Shown here: piece by piece, positions 53,348 to 63,790 of the stretch
Layout of the letters: each line of letters opens with the position of its first letter
Position numbering within the stretch: the first letter of the stretch is position 1
Assembly (NCBI GenBank): GCA_963776275.1
Contig: CAVZMI010000021.1
Coordinates: 160,001-224,000, forward strand
DNA: 64,000 nt
Source of the DNA: Ignavibacteriota bacterium
GTDB lineage: Bacteria > Bacteroidota > Ignavibacteria > UBA10030 > CAVZMI01
Direction of reading: 5' to 3'
The notes under the pieces: model-generated
Told to the model about the DNA's origin: nothing
What the model saw: only the letters and a program-made list of their open reading frames with translations
Database searches by the model: none
Translations under genes and position numbers: made by a program

Positions 53348-54621
53348 TGAATCATATGAGGGTATTACGAATTATCCTGATCAGTCTTCTTCCGAGTCTT
53401 GTCGCCTTTGCAGATGGATCGACATATTCACGATATGGGATTGGTGATATCATCTATAATGCCGGCGGAACCCGCATAGGCAGCGCGGGAGTCAGCATTG
53501 CCAATCTGGGTCCATCCTCTATTAATCGCATCAATCCGGCGGGATTAACCGGATTACGGTATGTGCGATTCTCCGGAGGGTTTACATACAGTGCAACATC
53601 CACAAAAGATCAGAATCAATCGGCGTACTTCAGTGACGGCACTTTTACAGGTATGTACATAGGCCTTCCACTATGGAGTGAATACGGGTTGGCAATTTCG
53701 GCCGGCCTCGCACCCTACAACGCAATGAATTATAAAGTACGGCTCCCTTCAGATCAATTCGGAGTTCAATATGACATTAACTACATCGGCGAAGGAGGTT
53801 TTTCGAAATCTTCATTCGCAATAGCGATGCGGCCGATGAATTCGCTTTCAATCGGTTTCTCATATAATTATATTTTCGGCAATCTCCGGACGAAATGGCA
53901 GACTCAATCAACTGCATACGATTTTTACTCGTCCGAAGTCGTACGTAGCACGGAAGCGCGCGGTTCTTCATTCACCATAGGTTGGATTTATACCGGGCTT
54001 GGCTCGTTTATCGATGTAAAAGAAATCGAACCGCTCTCGGTCGGTGCGGTGCTCACGACTCCGACAACACTCTCGACAACGCGCCGTACTGTGTATGGAT
54101 ACTCAACCGGACCGGACACATCAGCGGCAGATAAGGGTACTCTTACAATCCCGATCGCGTATGGCATCGGCCTTTCATATCGTGTCAGTAATCGATTTAT
54201 TGTTGCAAGCGATATCTATACGCAGGAATGGCAGAATATGAAGCTCAACGGTACGACGTACAACGAAATACGTCGCAGCGTCCGCTATGCAATCGGCGCC
54301 GAATATCTCCCGCTACAGGAACCGAGCATTACATTTGTCAATCACCTTTCCTATCAAGTTGGATTTGCATATAATAAAACATATTATAGAATTCAGGGAG
54401 AACCAATAGACGAATTTTCTTTCTCGGCGGGTATGAGTATTCCGATCATATATGATACGAAACTCAATGTTGCGTGCGAATATCTCATCCGTGGAACGAC
54501 AAAGCAGGTGACAGCTCCTGGTTCAGCTTCGCCGATCTTTCTTGTAAAGGATAACATTTTCCGCTTGAACTTTGAGCTTGGTATCGGTGAACTGTGGTTC
54601 ATTCAATCAACAGAAGAATAA
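53344..54621 (+). CDS. Outer-membrane beta-barrel protein (FadL/PorV-like hypothetical family)
   Basis: STYSRYGIG, INPAGL, GEGG, C-terminal GELWF. Confidence 0.75.
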   Translation: MMNHMRVLRIILISLLPSLVAFADGSTYSRYGIGDIIYNAGGTRIGSAGVSIANLGPSSINRINPAGLTGLRYVRFSGGFTYSATSTKDQNQSAYFSDGTFTGMYIGLPLWSEYGLAISAGLAPYNAMNYKVRLPSDQFGVQYDINYIGEGGFSKSSFAIAMRPMNSLSIGFSYNYIFGNLRTKWQTQSTAYDFYSSEVVRSTEARGSSFTIGWIYTGLGSFIDVKEIEPLSVGAVLTTPTTLSTTRRTVYGYSTGPDTSAADKGTLTIPIAYGIGLSYRVSNRFIVASDIYTQEWQNMKLNGTTYNEIRRSVRYAIGAEYLPLQEPSITFVNHLSYQVGFAYNKTYYRIQGEPIDEFSFSAGMSIPIIYDTKLNVACEYLIRGTTKQVTAPGSASPIFLVKDNIFRLNFELGIGELWFIQSTEE

Positions 54622-54631
54622 GAGCATAACT

Positions 54632-55069
54632 ATGATAGCAATAGCCAGCGATCACGCCGGATATATTTATAAAGAAAAAATCAAAGGACTCCTTGATCAG
54701 CTTGGATTGGAGTATCAGGATTTTGGAATTCACTCCAACAAGCCTTCCGATTATCCTGATGAGGGACATGCTGCTTCCGAAGCGGTTTCCAAAGGCGTCG
54801 CCGATCGCGGTATCCTTGTCTGCGGCAGCGGTATCGGCATGGATATCGTTGCCAATAAATCCGATGGAGTCCGCGCAGCCCTTTGTTTCACCGAAGAAAT
54901 GGCGCTGCTTTCACGCCGGCATAATGATGCCAATATTCTCGTAGTAGGCGAACGCGTCACTCCATGGGAAACCGTTGAGAAAATTACCCGTACATGGCTC
55001 TCAACTCCGTTTGAAGGCGGCCGGCACCAACGCCGTGTCGAAAAAATCCATTCATTGACACACCGGTAA
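54632..55069 (+). CDS. rpiB: Ribose-5-phosphate isomerase B
   Basis: SDHAG, DYP, CGSGIG, ANK, HNDAN, FEGGRH. Confidence 0.96.
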   Translation: MIAIASDHAGYIYKEKIKGLLDQLGLEYQDFGIHSNKPSDYPDEGHAASEAVSKGVADRGILVCGSGIGMDIVANKSDGVRAALCFTEEMALLSRRHNDANILVVGERVTPWETVEKITRTWLSTPFEGGRHQRRVEKIHSLTHR

Positions 55070-55084
55070 AAAAGGAATAACATT

Positions 55085-56377
55085 GTGGACTCACTTAAAC
55101 AATTCGATCCGGAAGTATTTTCTTCCATTCAAAACGAAGTTCACCGTCAGAACACAAAACTCGAACTTATCGCCTCTGAGAATTTCGTAAGTCCTGCCGT
55201 GCTCCAGGCCATGGGATCGGTCATGACAAATAAGTACGCCGAAGGATATCCCGGCAAACGATACTATGGCGGATGCGAATTCGTCGATGTCGCAGATGAC
55301 CTTGCACGGAGTCGCGTGAAAGAGCTTTTCGGCGCCGAATATGCGAACGTCCAACCACACTCGGGTTCACAGGCAAATATGGCGGTCTATTTTACTTTTG
55401 TCAAACCGGGAGATAAGGTGATGGGGATGAACCTTTCCCACGGCGGACATCTGACACATGGATCACCTGTAAATTTTTCCGGGCAGCTTTACAATTTTGT
55501 CGCCTACGGCACTTCAAAAGAGACCGGCTGTATCGATTATAATGAAGTGGAAGATATTGCCACCCGTGAAAAACCTAAAATGATCACGGTCGGTGCCAGT
55601 GCTTACTCGCGTAACATCGATTATAAAAAATTTCGTATCATCGCCGACAAAATCGGTGCTTTCCTTTTTGCCGATATTGCCCATCCGGCCGGACTTATCG
55701 CAAAGAAGCTTTTAGACGATCCTCTACCCTATTGCCACGTCGTTACATCAACGACTCATAAAACGCTCCGCGGTCCTCGTGGAGGATTGATCTTGATGGG
55801 GAAAGATTTTGAAAATCCCTTCGGGATCGTCGCTCCGAAATCGGGCCGAAAGAAAATGATGTCGGAATTAATCGATTCAATGGTGATTCCCGGTATTCAG
55901 GGTGAACCTTTAATGCACGTCATCGCCGCCAAAGCGGTCGCATTTAAAGAGGCTCTGGAACCCGAATTTACAACCTATGCAAAGCAGATTATCAGCAATG
56001 CAAAGGCTCTTGCAGCCGCACTAACAAAAAGAGGATTCTACATAATTTCCGGCGGAACCGATAACCATTTGATGCTTATAGATTTACGCAATAAAAATAT
56101 CACCGGAAAAGATGCTCAGGAAGCGCTCGATCTGGCAGGTATTACGGTGAATAAAAATGCTGTACCGTACGATGATAAGAGTCCGCTTATCACAAGCGGT
56201 ATTCGCATCGGCTCTCCGGCGGCCACAACCCGCGGAATGAAAGAGTCGGAGATGGACGTAATCGCCGAGGTGATCGATGAGACACTCCGTAATATCGGGA
56301 ATACTTCTGTATACGCTTCCATCAAACAGCGGGTAGCATCATTCTGCAACACATTCCCATTGTATGCTGAGATTTAG
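55085..56377 (+). CDS. glyA: Serine hydroxymethyltransferase
   Basis: [40 protein letters not shown]. Confidence 0.97.
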   Translation: MDSLKQFDPEVFSSIQNEVHRQNTKLELIASENFVSPAVLQAMGSVMTNKYAEGYPGKRYYGGCEFVDVADDLARSRVKELFGAEYANVQPHSGSQANMAVYFTFVKPGDKVMGMNLSHGGHLTHGSPVNFSGQLYNFVAYGTSKETGCIDYNEVEDIATREKPKMITVGASAYSRNIDYKKFRIIADKIGAFLFADIAHPAGLIAKKLLDDPLPYCHVVTSTTHKTLRGPRGGLILMGKDFENPFGIVAPKSGRKKMMSELIDSMVIPGIQGEPLMHVIAAKAVAFKEALEPEFTTYAKQIISNAKALAAALTKRGFYIISGGTDNHLMLIDLRNKNITGKDAQEALDLAGITVNKNAVPYDDKSPLITSGIRIGSPAATTRGMKESEMDVIAEVIDETLRNIGNTSVYASIKQRVASFCNTFPLYAEI

Positions 56378-57140
56378 AAAACAGAAGAACGACCCTGAGT
56401 TGGAGATGGGGTTCCTCGATCATCTTGAAGAACTGCGCTGGCGGATTATCAAGATGCTCATCAGTGTTGTCCTGTGCGGAATTATTATCGCCTTCTTTTC
56501 CGATTGGATTGTAAACGAAGTTATTCTCGCACCGGCAAAACATGTCCACCCCCCGCTCAGACTGATCAATGTCAGTCCCTATGGCCAGGTTCTTTTCTAC
56601 CTTGAAGTCATCATTATCGGTGGTTTAATTCTAAGTGTGCCTTTTATTCTATACCAATTCTGGAAATTTATTGAACCGGGTTTACTGCCGAAAGAACAGC
56701 AGTATGTTTCATCAATCGTCGGTTTTACATCGCTCTGTTTTTTTACAGGAGTTTTGTTCGCGTATTTCGTCATTCTTCCCCAAGCACTCGGTTTTTTCGC
56801 GGTCTTTGGTTCATCAATGATTGAAAACATGATCGACGTGAAGGAATACCGTAGTTTTGTATTGAGCCTGATCCTGGCATCGGGTCTTGTATTTGAATTG
56901 CCGATGATTTCATATTTCCTCGCGCGATTCGGCATTATCACGACCGACTTTATGCGAAAATATCGCCGTCATGCAATTGTAGTTATTCTAATTCTGGCAG
57001 GTGTTCTGACACCAGGCCCGGATGTTACAAGTCAGGTCTGCCTTGGGGTTCCGTTAATCGTCCTCTACGAGATCAGCATTCTCATTGCCCGCTTTGCCCA
57101 GAAGAAACGCGCGAAAGCAAATGCAATGGAGACGATATGA
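56364..57140 (+). CDS. tatC: Twin-arginine translocase subunit TatC
   Basis: [30 protein letters not shown]. Confidence 0.96.
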   Translation: MLRFRKQKNDPELEMGFLDHLEELRWRIIKMLISVVLCGIIIAFFSDWIVNEVILAPAKHVHPPLRLINVSPYGQVLFYLEVIIIGGLILSVPFILYQFWKFIEPGLLPKEQQYVSSIVGFTSLCFFTGVLFAYFVILPQALGFFAVFGSSMIENMIDVKEYRSFVLSLILASGLVFELPMISYFLARFGIITTDFMRKYRRHAIVVILILAGVLTPGPDVTSQVCLGVPLIVLYEISILIARFAQKKRAKANAMETI

Positions 57141-58120
57141 GCACAACGATAAACCTTGAGGCCATCGAACAGCCGATCGAAAAAGAACTGAAAGAATTTT
57201 CGGGATATTTCAAATCCGCAATGAAATCCCATGTCGCTATCGTCAACGTCATCGCACGCTATATTGTAAAACAAAAAGGAAAGAAGATCCGCCCTGTCCT
57301 GGTGTTTCTCTCTGCAAAGGCGACGGGAGGTATAACCGAACGTTCCTACCGCGCGGCAACACTTGTCGAAATCCTTCACACGGCAACACTGATCCATGAC
57401 GATGTTGTCGACGATGCAGATACACGTCGCGGACTCGCTTCGATCAACGCTGTCTGGAAAAATAAGGTCGCTGTGCTTATGGGTGATTTCCTTCTTTCAC
57501 GCGGACTCCTCGTAGCACTGACGCATGACGATTTCTATTTCCTCAAGACAACGTCGAATGCCGTGAAGCGTATGAGCGAAGGAGAGTTGCTGCAGATCCA
57601 AAAGAGCCGGAGTATGGATCTTGAAGAGAAAACATATCTTCAGATTATCGGCGATAAGACGGCGTCGTTGCTTTCGACCTGTTGTGAAATCGGCGCCCAC
57701 TCAAGCGGTGCGGATACAACACTTGTGCATGCGATGCGCGAGTACGGCGAGAACATCGGCATGGCATTTCAGATTCGTGATGATGTTCTCGACTATATCG
57801 GGCGAAAGAGCATCACCGGAAAACCGACCGGTCTCGATATCAAGGAGAAGAAACTTTCGCTCCCGCTCATTCACGCCATTCAACAATCTCAGAAAAAAGA
57901 GGGAAAGCAAATCGTAAGATTGATAAAGAACGGCGCATCAACGAAAAACGTCCAATCGGTAATCGATTTCGTACAGACACACGGTGGAATCGAGTACGCC
58001 ATGCAGTGTGCCCGCCAATTCGGCAAGCGTGCACGTGGAGCTCTGGCATCTCTTCCTCCTTCCGATGCAAAAAAATCCCTCGATGCATTTATTGACTTTG
58101 TTATCGAACGGAAGAAATAG
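57137..58120 (+). CDS. Long-chain polyprenyl diphosphate synthase (IspB-like)
   Basis: GKKIRP, ATLIHDDVVD...RRG, AFQIRDDVLD. Confidence 0.93.
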   Translation: MSTTINLEAIEQPIEKELKEFSGYFKSAMKSHVAIVNVIARYIVKQKGKKIRPVLVFLSAKATGGITERSYRAATLVEILHTATLIHDDVVDDADTRRGLASINAVWKNKVAVLMGDFLLSRGLLVALTHDDFYFLKTTSNAVKRMSEGELLQIQKSRSMDLEEKTYLQIIGDKTASLLSTCCEIGAHSSGADTTLVHAMREYGENIGMAFQIRDDVLDYIGRKSITGKPTGLDIKEKKLSLPLIHAIQQSQKKEGKQIVRLIKNGASTKNVQSVIDFVQTHGGIEYAMQCARQFGKRARGALASLPPSDAKKSLDAFIDFVIERKK

Positions 58121-58238
58121 CTATAAGCCTTGAGAGTTGGTCTCCCTGACAATATCCCCTTTATACTTTTTCCTTTTTCACTTCTCGTCCTGTACTAAAG
58201 TATTGCTACGCCAGGCGAGTCCCTATATACCCAATAAT

Positions 58239-58380
58239 CCTCGGGAGCCTAATTGTCCGCCGATTCATCCGCCGACTTGTCCACCGAAGCGAAGTGTAGG
58301 TGGAAGCGGAGCAAAGGCGGAGCTCCCTCACAGAACAGCTGCCTAAAAAGAATGGTTCGAGAGAGGCTCACTTCCCGAGG
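58239..58380. repeat. Nested REP-like palindromes
   Basis: TCCACC/GGTGGA (58280-58304) inside TCCGCC/GGCGGA (58268-58321) inside GGGAGC/GCTCCC (58243-58327); also CCTCGGGA/TCCCGAGG (58239-58380). Confidence 0.65.
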
Positions 58381-58467
58381 CATGATAACCCACTGCAACT
58401 GATATTACGTTATATTTGTTATCTTTTTTAGATACAAAAAGTGTCGTTTTTAAAGCTTTTTTAGTAC

Positions 58468-58496
58468 TTGACATTTTCAATGCTTGTTCTTACTAT
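58468..58496 (+). promoter_or_regulatory. sigma70-type promoter
   Basis: TTGACA (58468-58473), 17 nt spacer, TACTAT (58491-58496). Confidence 0.75.
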
Positions 58497-58541
58497 CCTT
58501 TTGTAGTCCGTTATCGTTCTTTTTAGAAAGGGGGATCTTCT

Positions 58542-58718
58542 ATGAAATCCGCACCAAATTCTTTCCGTAATCAACAGAAGCAAAGTAAGTTGTTCCTCCG
58601 CAAACTCGATCCAAACGATAAACAGTACAAATTAAAGAACGGGAATCTACAACGTCTGCGCATGGTAGGTAGCGTGAGAAATGCAGGTCATGTGAGAGGA
58701 GGACACGCATTCCATTAG
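58542..58718 (+). CDS. 58-aa basic hypothetical protein (below the ORF track cut-off)
   Basis: Promoter, GAAAGGGGG SD 7 nt before ATG, open frame MKSAPNSF...GGHAFH*, terminator downstream. Confidence 0.6.
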   Translation: MKSAPNSFRNQQKQSKLFLRKLDPNDKQYKLKNGNLQRLRMVGSVRNAGHVRGGHAFH

Positions 58719-58835
58719 AAAAGCCGGGAGATTTCTGATTTATGTCTACGACCCTTCGGGATTTCTGATTTATGATTGATGAGTAAATAGACAAATGAGC
58801 GTGTAGGTTCGTATACCATCAACCCGAAATCTGAA

Positions 58836-58878
58836 ATAAAAAGCCCCATTCCTTCAGAGTGAACGGGGCTACTTTTTT
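58836..58878. terminator. Bidirectional intrinsic terminator
   Basis: A-tract, AGCCCC...GGGGCT stem, T6, between convergent units. Confidence 0.75.
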
Positions 58879-58925
58879 CAACCTTCAACCTTCAACTTTC
58901 AACCTTCAACCTTCAACCTTCAACC
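58877..58925. repeat. Heptamer tandem repeat (TTCAACC)x7
   Basis: Seven units, one of them TTCAACT. Confidence 0.95.
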
Positions 58926-58932
58926 TTTTTCA

Positions 58933-59497
58933 TTACGGCATCACAAAATCTCTCTCATCCGGCCTGAGAGAAAGACGGGCACGGCGCTTTTCGAACAACT
59001 TTCTCGGCTGTACTGCCGAACAGCATATGTTCCACTCCGCTGTGGCCGTGTGTCGCAATAATAATGAGATCGACTTCTTCTTCACGCGCCGTCTTAATAA
59101 TTTCAATAAATGCTTTCCCTGTCAGCACCAGCTTTCTCGCTTTTACTTCTTTCCTGATTTCTTTTTCGATTAATCCCGCCAGTTGTTCTTCACCCCGCGA
59201 ACGAAATTCATCTTCAACATTCGGAAACCCGAATTGACCGAAGCTGAAATCGGCCGGATACACCGTCGGTTCGACGACATAGACGAGGATGATCTCTGCT
59301 CCAAACTGTTTGGCAAACGGGACTGCATACTTCAACGCGTTCTTGGAATGTTCCGAAAAATCGATCGGGACAAGAATTCGTTTCAACGCAAATTTCAATT
59401 GCGGAGATGGAGTGCGCCGAGCAGTTGTTTTGTGCGGCTTCCGCGTTGTGCGTGATGATGGTTTTTGTGCACGAGAGGAACGTTTTTTCCGTGGCAT
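58933..59497 (-). CDS. Universal stress protein with basic N-terminal extension; C-terminal frameshift
   Basis: ILVPIDFS, DLIIIATHG, GSTAEKVVRKAPCP; the alternate frame gives LSLRPDERDFVMP* ending at 58933. Confidence 0.92.
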
Positions 59498-59511
59498 ATG
59501 ACCCTCCACGA

Positions 59512-60054
59512 TCAATGGTGTATTGAATCGAGTTCAGAGCGAAGACGCATGAGTTCAATATCGGTAACGCGCAGTCGTTCGCCGACCATCTCGGCAAGCT
59601 TGAGAAGGATTTTGAGACCGAGCTGGGGATATTTCCGGATAACTTCAAAAAGATCCGGCCGGAAAAAACCGATCAACTTGCATGGAGTGCGGGCAATTGC
59701 ACACGCCGAGCGCGAACGTTCATCAAGCAGCGCGAGTTCACCGAAGAAATCCCCTTCGCGAAGCTGCGTCAATTCTTTCTGCTGTTGTTTCTCATCAAGA
59801 ACGACGATTGCAATCGATCCCTCTTCAATTACATACATTCCCAGACCGGGATCGCCTTGATAAAAAATGAATTCTCCGTTTTGATATTCCCGTCGATGGA
59901 CAATCGCCGAGATTAGACGCAGCTCACGGACGTTCAATTGTGAAAATGCCGGCACGAGAGAAAGAAGGTGCTCGGCCGTTCCTTCTTTTAAGGTTTTTGA
60001 ACGGAAAATATTCCGCCAAAAAATGCTTTCGGATTTGTCGCCGTTTGACGCCAT
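59512..60054 (-). CDS. Stand-alone cyclic-nucleotide-binding domain protein
   Basis: IFYQGDPG.GMYVIEEG, GDFFGELAL, RSA; no HTH follows. Confidence 0.9.
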   Translation of the reverse strand: MASNGDKSESIFWRNIFRSKTLKEGTAEHLLSLVPAFSQLNVRELRLISAIVHRREYQNGEFIFYQGDPGLGMYVIEEGSIAIVVLDEKQQQKELTQLREGDFFGELALLDERSRSACAIARTPCKLIGFFRPDLFEVIRKYPQLGLKILLKLAEMVGERLRVTDIELMRLRSELDSIHH

Positions 60055-60133
60055 GGGTCGTCCAATAGTGTTATGATACCGAGAAATTGTACAGAATAAA
60101 GCCTAGAAAGTCAACCGCCAATCATCGAAAAAG

Positions 60134-60340
60134 TCGGCTCATAGTCCAGAAGCCGCCTTTTTCCTTCAATTTGTCCCGAGTTAATCCCAACAGCCTGTCC
60201 TGAACGACTTGCCACGAGTGACTCGTGTCGAGCGCAGTTGAGATGAATTGAATAATGGCGGGATGAGCCGAGTGATTTTTTCCCTCATCTTTTATCCCTT
60301 CGACTCGCACTACCTAGGGTAGTACTAGCTCAGGGCAAGC
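60134..60340. repeat. Long imperfect hairpin plus REP-like palindromic remnants
   Basis: TCGGCTCAT/ATGAGCCGA, CCGCC/GGCGG and TTCAATT/AATTGAA arms; palindrome CACGAGT-G-ACTCGTG; CCCTTCGACTCGC...GCTCAGGGCAAG. Confidence 0.6.
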
Positions 60341-60361
60341 TTTTATCTTTTTCCTTTTATC

Positions 60362-61279
60362 TTAGATATATGTCAGCCACCCGAACTTATCATTGCCATT
60401 GTGCACAATGTCGTAAAAAGCTTCTCTTAATTTTTTCATCACCGGTCCCGGTTTTCCCTCACCGATAACGATTTTATCAATAGATCGTATCGATGAAATC
60501 TCGGCTGCCGTTCCCGTGAAGAAGACCTCTTGGGCGAGATAGAGCATCTCGCGCGGGATATTCATTTCACGAATCTCGATGCCAAGACTCTTTGCAAGCG
60601 CGATAACACTGTATCGCGTAATTCCCGGAAGGATTGCCGATATCAACGGCGTCGTATAGAGAACGCCCTCCTGTACAATGAAAATATTTTCACCGCTCCC
60701 CTCGCTGATGTGTCCCGACACGTCGAGGGCGATTCCTTCGACATACCCGTTGGCGAGCGCTTCGAGCTTCATGAGCTGTGAGTTCAGATAATTACCACCC
60801 GCTTTCGCCATCGTCGGAATCGTATCGGGTGCGGGACGCCGCCAGCTTGAGACGCAGACATCGATTCCTTTTTCCATAGCATCCTTCCCAAGATATGCTC
60901 CCCATTCCCAGACTGCAATGGCGAGATCGACCGGGCATCCGAGTGGATTCACCCCAACATCACCGTATCCTCTGAATGCAACAGGACGGATGTAGCATTC
61001 CCTCAGCTTGTTCGCATGGATTGTCTCAATAACCGCTCTGGCAATTTCCTCTTTTGTATAGGGAATCTGTGAACGGTAGATTTTCGCGGAATCGATCAGC
61101 CGCTGTAGATGCCGCTCAAGATGGAAAATTGCCGATCCTTTTGCCGTATTGTAACAACGAATTCCTTCGAACCAGCTTGAGCCGTAGTGAATAACATGGG
61201 AAAGGACATGGATCTTCGCGTCATCCCAATCCACCAGTTTCCCATTCATCCATATTTTATCGACTTTCTGTAGAGCCAT
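60362..61279 (-). CDS. ilvE: Branched-chain amino acid aminotransferase
   Basis: [42 protein letters not shown]. Confidence 0.96.
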   Translation of the reverse strand: MALQKVDKIWMNGKLVDWDDAKIHVLSHVIHYGSSWFEGIRCYNTAKGSAIFHLERHLQRLIDSAKIYRSQIPYTKEEIARAVIETIHANKLRECYIRPVAFRGYGDVGVNPLGCPVDLAIAVWEWGAYLGKDAMEKGIDVCVSSWRRPAPDTIPTMAKAGGNYLNSQLMKLEALANGYVEGIALDVSGHISEGSGENIFIVQEGVLYTTPLISAILPGITRYSVIALAKSLGIEIREMNIPREMLYLAQEVFFTGTAAEISSIRSIDKIVIGEGKPGPVMKKLREAFYDIVHNGNDKFGWLTYI

Positions 61280-61311
61280 AGAAAATCCTCCCAAAAATGT
61301 ATAGTTTTCGT

Positions 61312-62430
61312 TTACAGCGGGAGTTCATAGATACGGTATTTCTTGTAGAGCCGTGCATTCATCGTCTCGGCTGCACGATTCATCATCAGATTATCTTCCA
61401 AAATCCAGCTCGCTTCTCCATAATAATATCCAAGCTTGCGGGCACGAACCGCCGTTTCATAGAATAAGACACTTGCCGCACCTGTCTGTTTATATTCCGG
61501 CAATACACCCAACACAATAACGCGGGCGCGATTAATTTTTTTCTTTTTAGTGAAGAGATGATAAAGCCCCGTGAGCAGCATTCCGCTCTTGTTGTATTTC
61601 AACGCAATATTGATATCCGGGATCGCGAGCGCAAATCCAATAAGTTCTTTATCCTTCTCTGCCATAATCACCAGATCCGGCACGACGATCGGCCTTAAGT
61701 CAGCTGCGAGCGCAACAAATTCTGCATCCGTCATTGGGACTGCGCCCCAATTGTACGACCAGGCTTCGTTGTAAATATTCTTTATACGATTGACTTCGTT
61801 GGCGAAGTCTTTCATTTCCAGCGATCGAAACGTCAGTGAATTACGTTTCTTTACCATTTCCGCTACACGAATGAATTTTTCAGAATAAACCTGATCCTGA
61901 TTTAATTCGTATGCGTAAAGGCCCTTGACCTTTTTTAAACCATATGAATCATGGAGATCAATATAATACCGGGGATTATATGTCATCATAATCACCGGAG
62001 GCGAATCAAATCCTTCGATTAACAACCCGATTTCGTCGTTGACTGACGGATTGACCGGTCCGCGCATCGCCGTGACGCCTCGCTGTTTCAACCAGACTCT
62101 CGCCGTATTGAACAGAGCAACAGCGACTTCCTGGTCATTGATTGATTCGAAGAAACCGTAAAAGCCTATATTTTCGCGATGTTCCTTATTATGATTGTGG
62201 TTGATAATCGCTGCAATACGTCCGACGACTTCGCCATCGCGTTCGGCGAGAAAGAACTCCGAATCGGAATGCGCGTAGAAAGGATTCCGCTCGCGATCCA
62301 TCAACTTTTTCCGGTCCATCATGAGCGGTGGAACCCAGTACGGATCATTTTTATAAATTTTCCAGAGGAACCGGATAAATTTTATTATATCTTTTTTCGA
62401 TTCCAGAGGGCGAATGATAAGGCTGCTCAT
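61312..62430 (-). CDS. GNAT-like N-acyltransferase, candidate bacterial ceramide synthase (bCerS/YghO family)
   Basis: [53 protein letters not shown]; directly after the spt-like gene. Confidence 0.8.
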   Translation of the reverse strand: MSSLIIRPLESKKDIIKFIRFLWKIYKNDPYWVPPLMMDRKKLMDRERNPFYAHSDSEFFLAERDGEVVGRIAAIINHNHNKEHRENIGFYGFFESINDQEVAVALFNTARVWLKQRGVTAMRGPVNPSVNDEIGLLIEGFDSPPVIMMTYNPRYYIDLHDSYGLKKVKGLYAYELNQDQVYSEKFIRVAEMVKKRNSLTFRSLEMKDFANEVNRIKNIYNEAWSYNWGAVPMTDAEFVALAADLRPIVVPDLVIMAEKDKELIGFALAIPDINIALKYNKSGMLLTGLYHLFTKKKKINRARVIVLGVLPEYKQTGAASVLFYETAVRARKLGYYYGEASWILEDNLMMNRAAETMNARLYKKYRIYELPL

Positions 62431-62439
62431 ATACTTCTC

Positions 62440-63633
62440 TCAGCCTATGACGCCGAGTTTTTTTCCCACAGTCTTAAATATTTCAAGTGCTTCATCAAGA
62501 TGACTCTCTTCGTGAGTCGCCATATAACTTGTTCGCACCATCTGCATTCCCGGCTGCACGACCGGACGGATGAAGGCGTTGACAAATACTCCGGCACGGT
62601 AGAGTTCCATCGTAAATGTAAGCGCCAGGACATCATCACCGACGATGATCGGTACAACAGCGCTGTCACCCGGAATAATGTTGAACCCGATGTTTTTAAG
62701 ACCTTCACGCATTTTCCGGGCATTTGCATGAAGCCTTGTAATCCGCTCGGGTTCGGCTTTGAGTATTTCAAGAGAAGCCAATGCGGCTGCGGCAGCTGCA
62801 GGAGTGGGACTGGCAGCAAAAATTAATGACATCGAATGATGGCGGATATAATTAATGACTTTATGCTCGCCCACGACAAAACCACCGAGAGAAGCAAAAG
62901 TCTTACTGAACGTACCGAATGTCAGATCGGTTTCCTTGACCAGATTGAAGTGACTGGCCGTTCCTCGTCCACCCTCACCGATGATGCCGGCGGCATGAGC
63001 GTCATCAATCAGAACTTTGGCATTATTTTTCTTGGCGACTTTTACAAGGTCTGGGAGATTCACAATGGTGCCCGACGAACTGAATATACCGTCGGAAACG
63101 ACAAGTTTCGGAATATCAAGCGGTATCTGTGAAATGACCCGCTCGAGATCTTCCATGTCATTATGCTTATAACGGACAAAATCTGCCGATAATCCTCGTG
63201 CCATCATGTATCCTGCCACAATTGAAGCATGGTTATCTTTGTCGGTGACAACATACTCACCCTTTTGAACAAGCGTTGGAATTATTCCCTGTGCTGTCTG
63301 GTATCCGGTACTGAATATCAGACATTCTTCGCGCTGAAAAAATTCGGCAAGTCTGTTTTCAAGCTCGACATGAATTTCAAGTGTTCCATTCAAATACCGC
63401 GATCCTGAGCAACCGCTTCCATATTTTTTTATGGCGTTAATCGCCGCTTCCTTCACTTTAGGGTGGGCTGTCAATCCAAGATAATTATTCGAACCGCACA
63501 TAATCACACGGCGGCCATCCATAATAACCACCGGGCCATCGTTCTGTTGAATCGGACGAAAATATGGATAGAGACCCGCAGCTTTTACCTCATCTGCACG
63601 GGTAAAGTCGTAACATTTTTGAAATAGGTCCAA
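62440..63633 (-). CDS. spt: Alpha-oxoamine synthase, probable serine palmitoyltransferase
   Basis: [33 protein letters not shown] (PLP Lys), SYMATH; TTG start after AAGGAG. Confidence 0.8.
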   Translation of the reverse strand: MDLFQKCYDFTRADEVKAAGLYPYFRPIQQNDGPVVIMDGRRVIMCGSNNYLGLTAHPKVKEAAINAIKKYGSGCSGSRYLNGTLEIHVELENRLAEFFQREECLIFSTGYQTAQGIIPTLVQKGEYVVTDKDNHASIVAGYMMARGLSADFVRYKHNDMEDLERVISQIPLDIPKLVVSDGIFSSSGTIVNLPDLVKVAKKNNAKVLIDDAHAAGIIGEGGRGTASHFNLVKETDLTFGTFSKTFASLGGFVVGEHKVINYIRHHSMSLIFAASPTPAAAAAALASLEILKAEPERITRLHANARKMREGLKNIGFNIIPGDSAVVPIIVGDDVLALTFTMELYRAGVFVNAFIRPVVQPGMQMVRTSYMATHEESHLDEALEIFKTVGKKLGVIG

Positions 63634-63790
63634 TGATTTTCTCCTTATGAAACCATCGATATAAAATACACACGCGTCTCCCCCACTACGGCTTGTGTGA
63701 GTCGCTTTTCAACCTTCCTAAAATAACCAGCTGAGTATACTTCGGCTGGAACGGAGTCTAATCGCCCCGTCCGTTGAAAGGTGATTTAAA

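Noticed and set aside
58503-58870. tmRNA, RNase P RNA or 6S RNA (promoter-to-terminator ~370 nt, GGGGGAT near the start)
   Set aside because: No tRNA-like 5' GGGG...TCGA or 3' T-arm and CCA end, and no GAGGAAAGTCC; a small ORF with an SD explains the unit better.
62440-63633. BioF or Kbl as the identity of the alpha-oxoamine synthase
   Set aside because: The YPYFR N-terminus, GSRYLNGT motif and adjacent bCerS-like gene favour Spt, and no bio or tdh genes are nearby; not fully excluded without a phylogeny.
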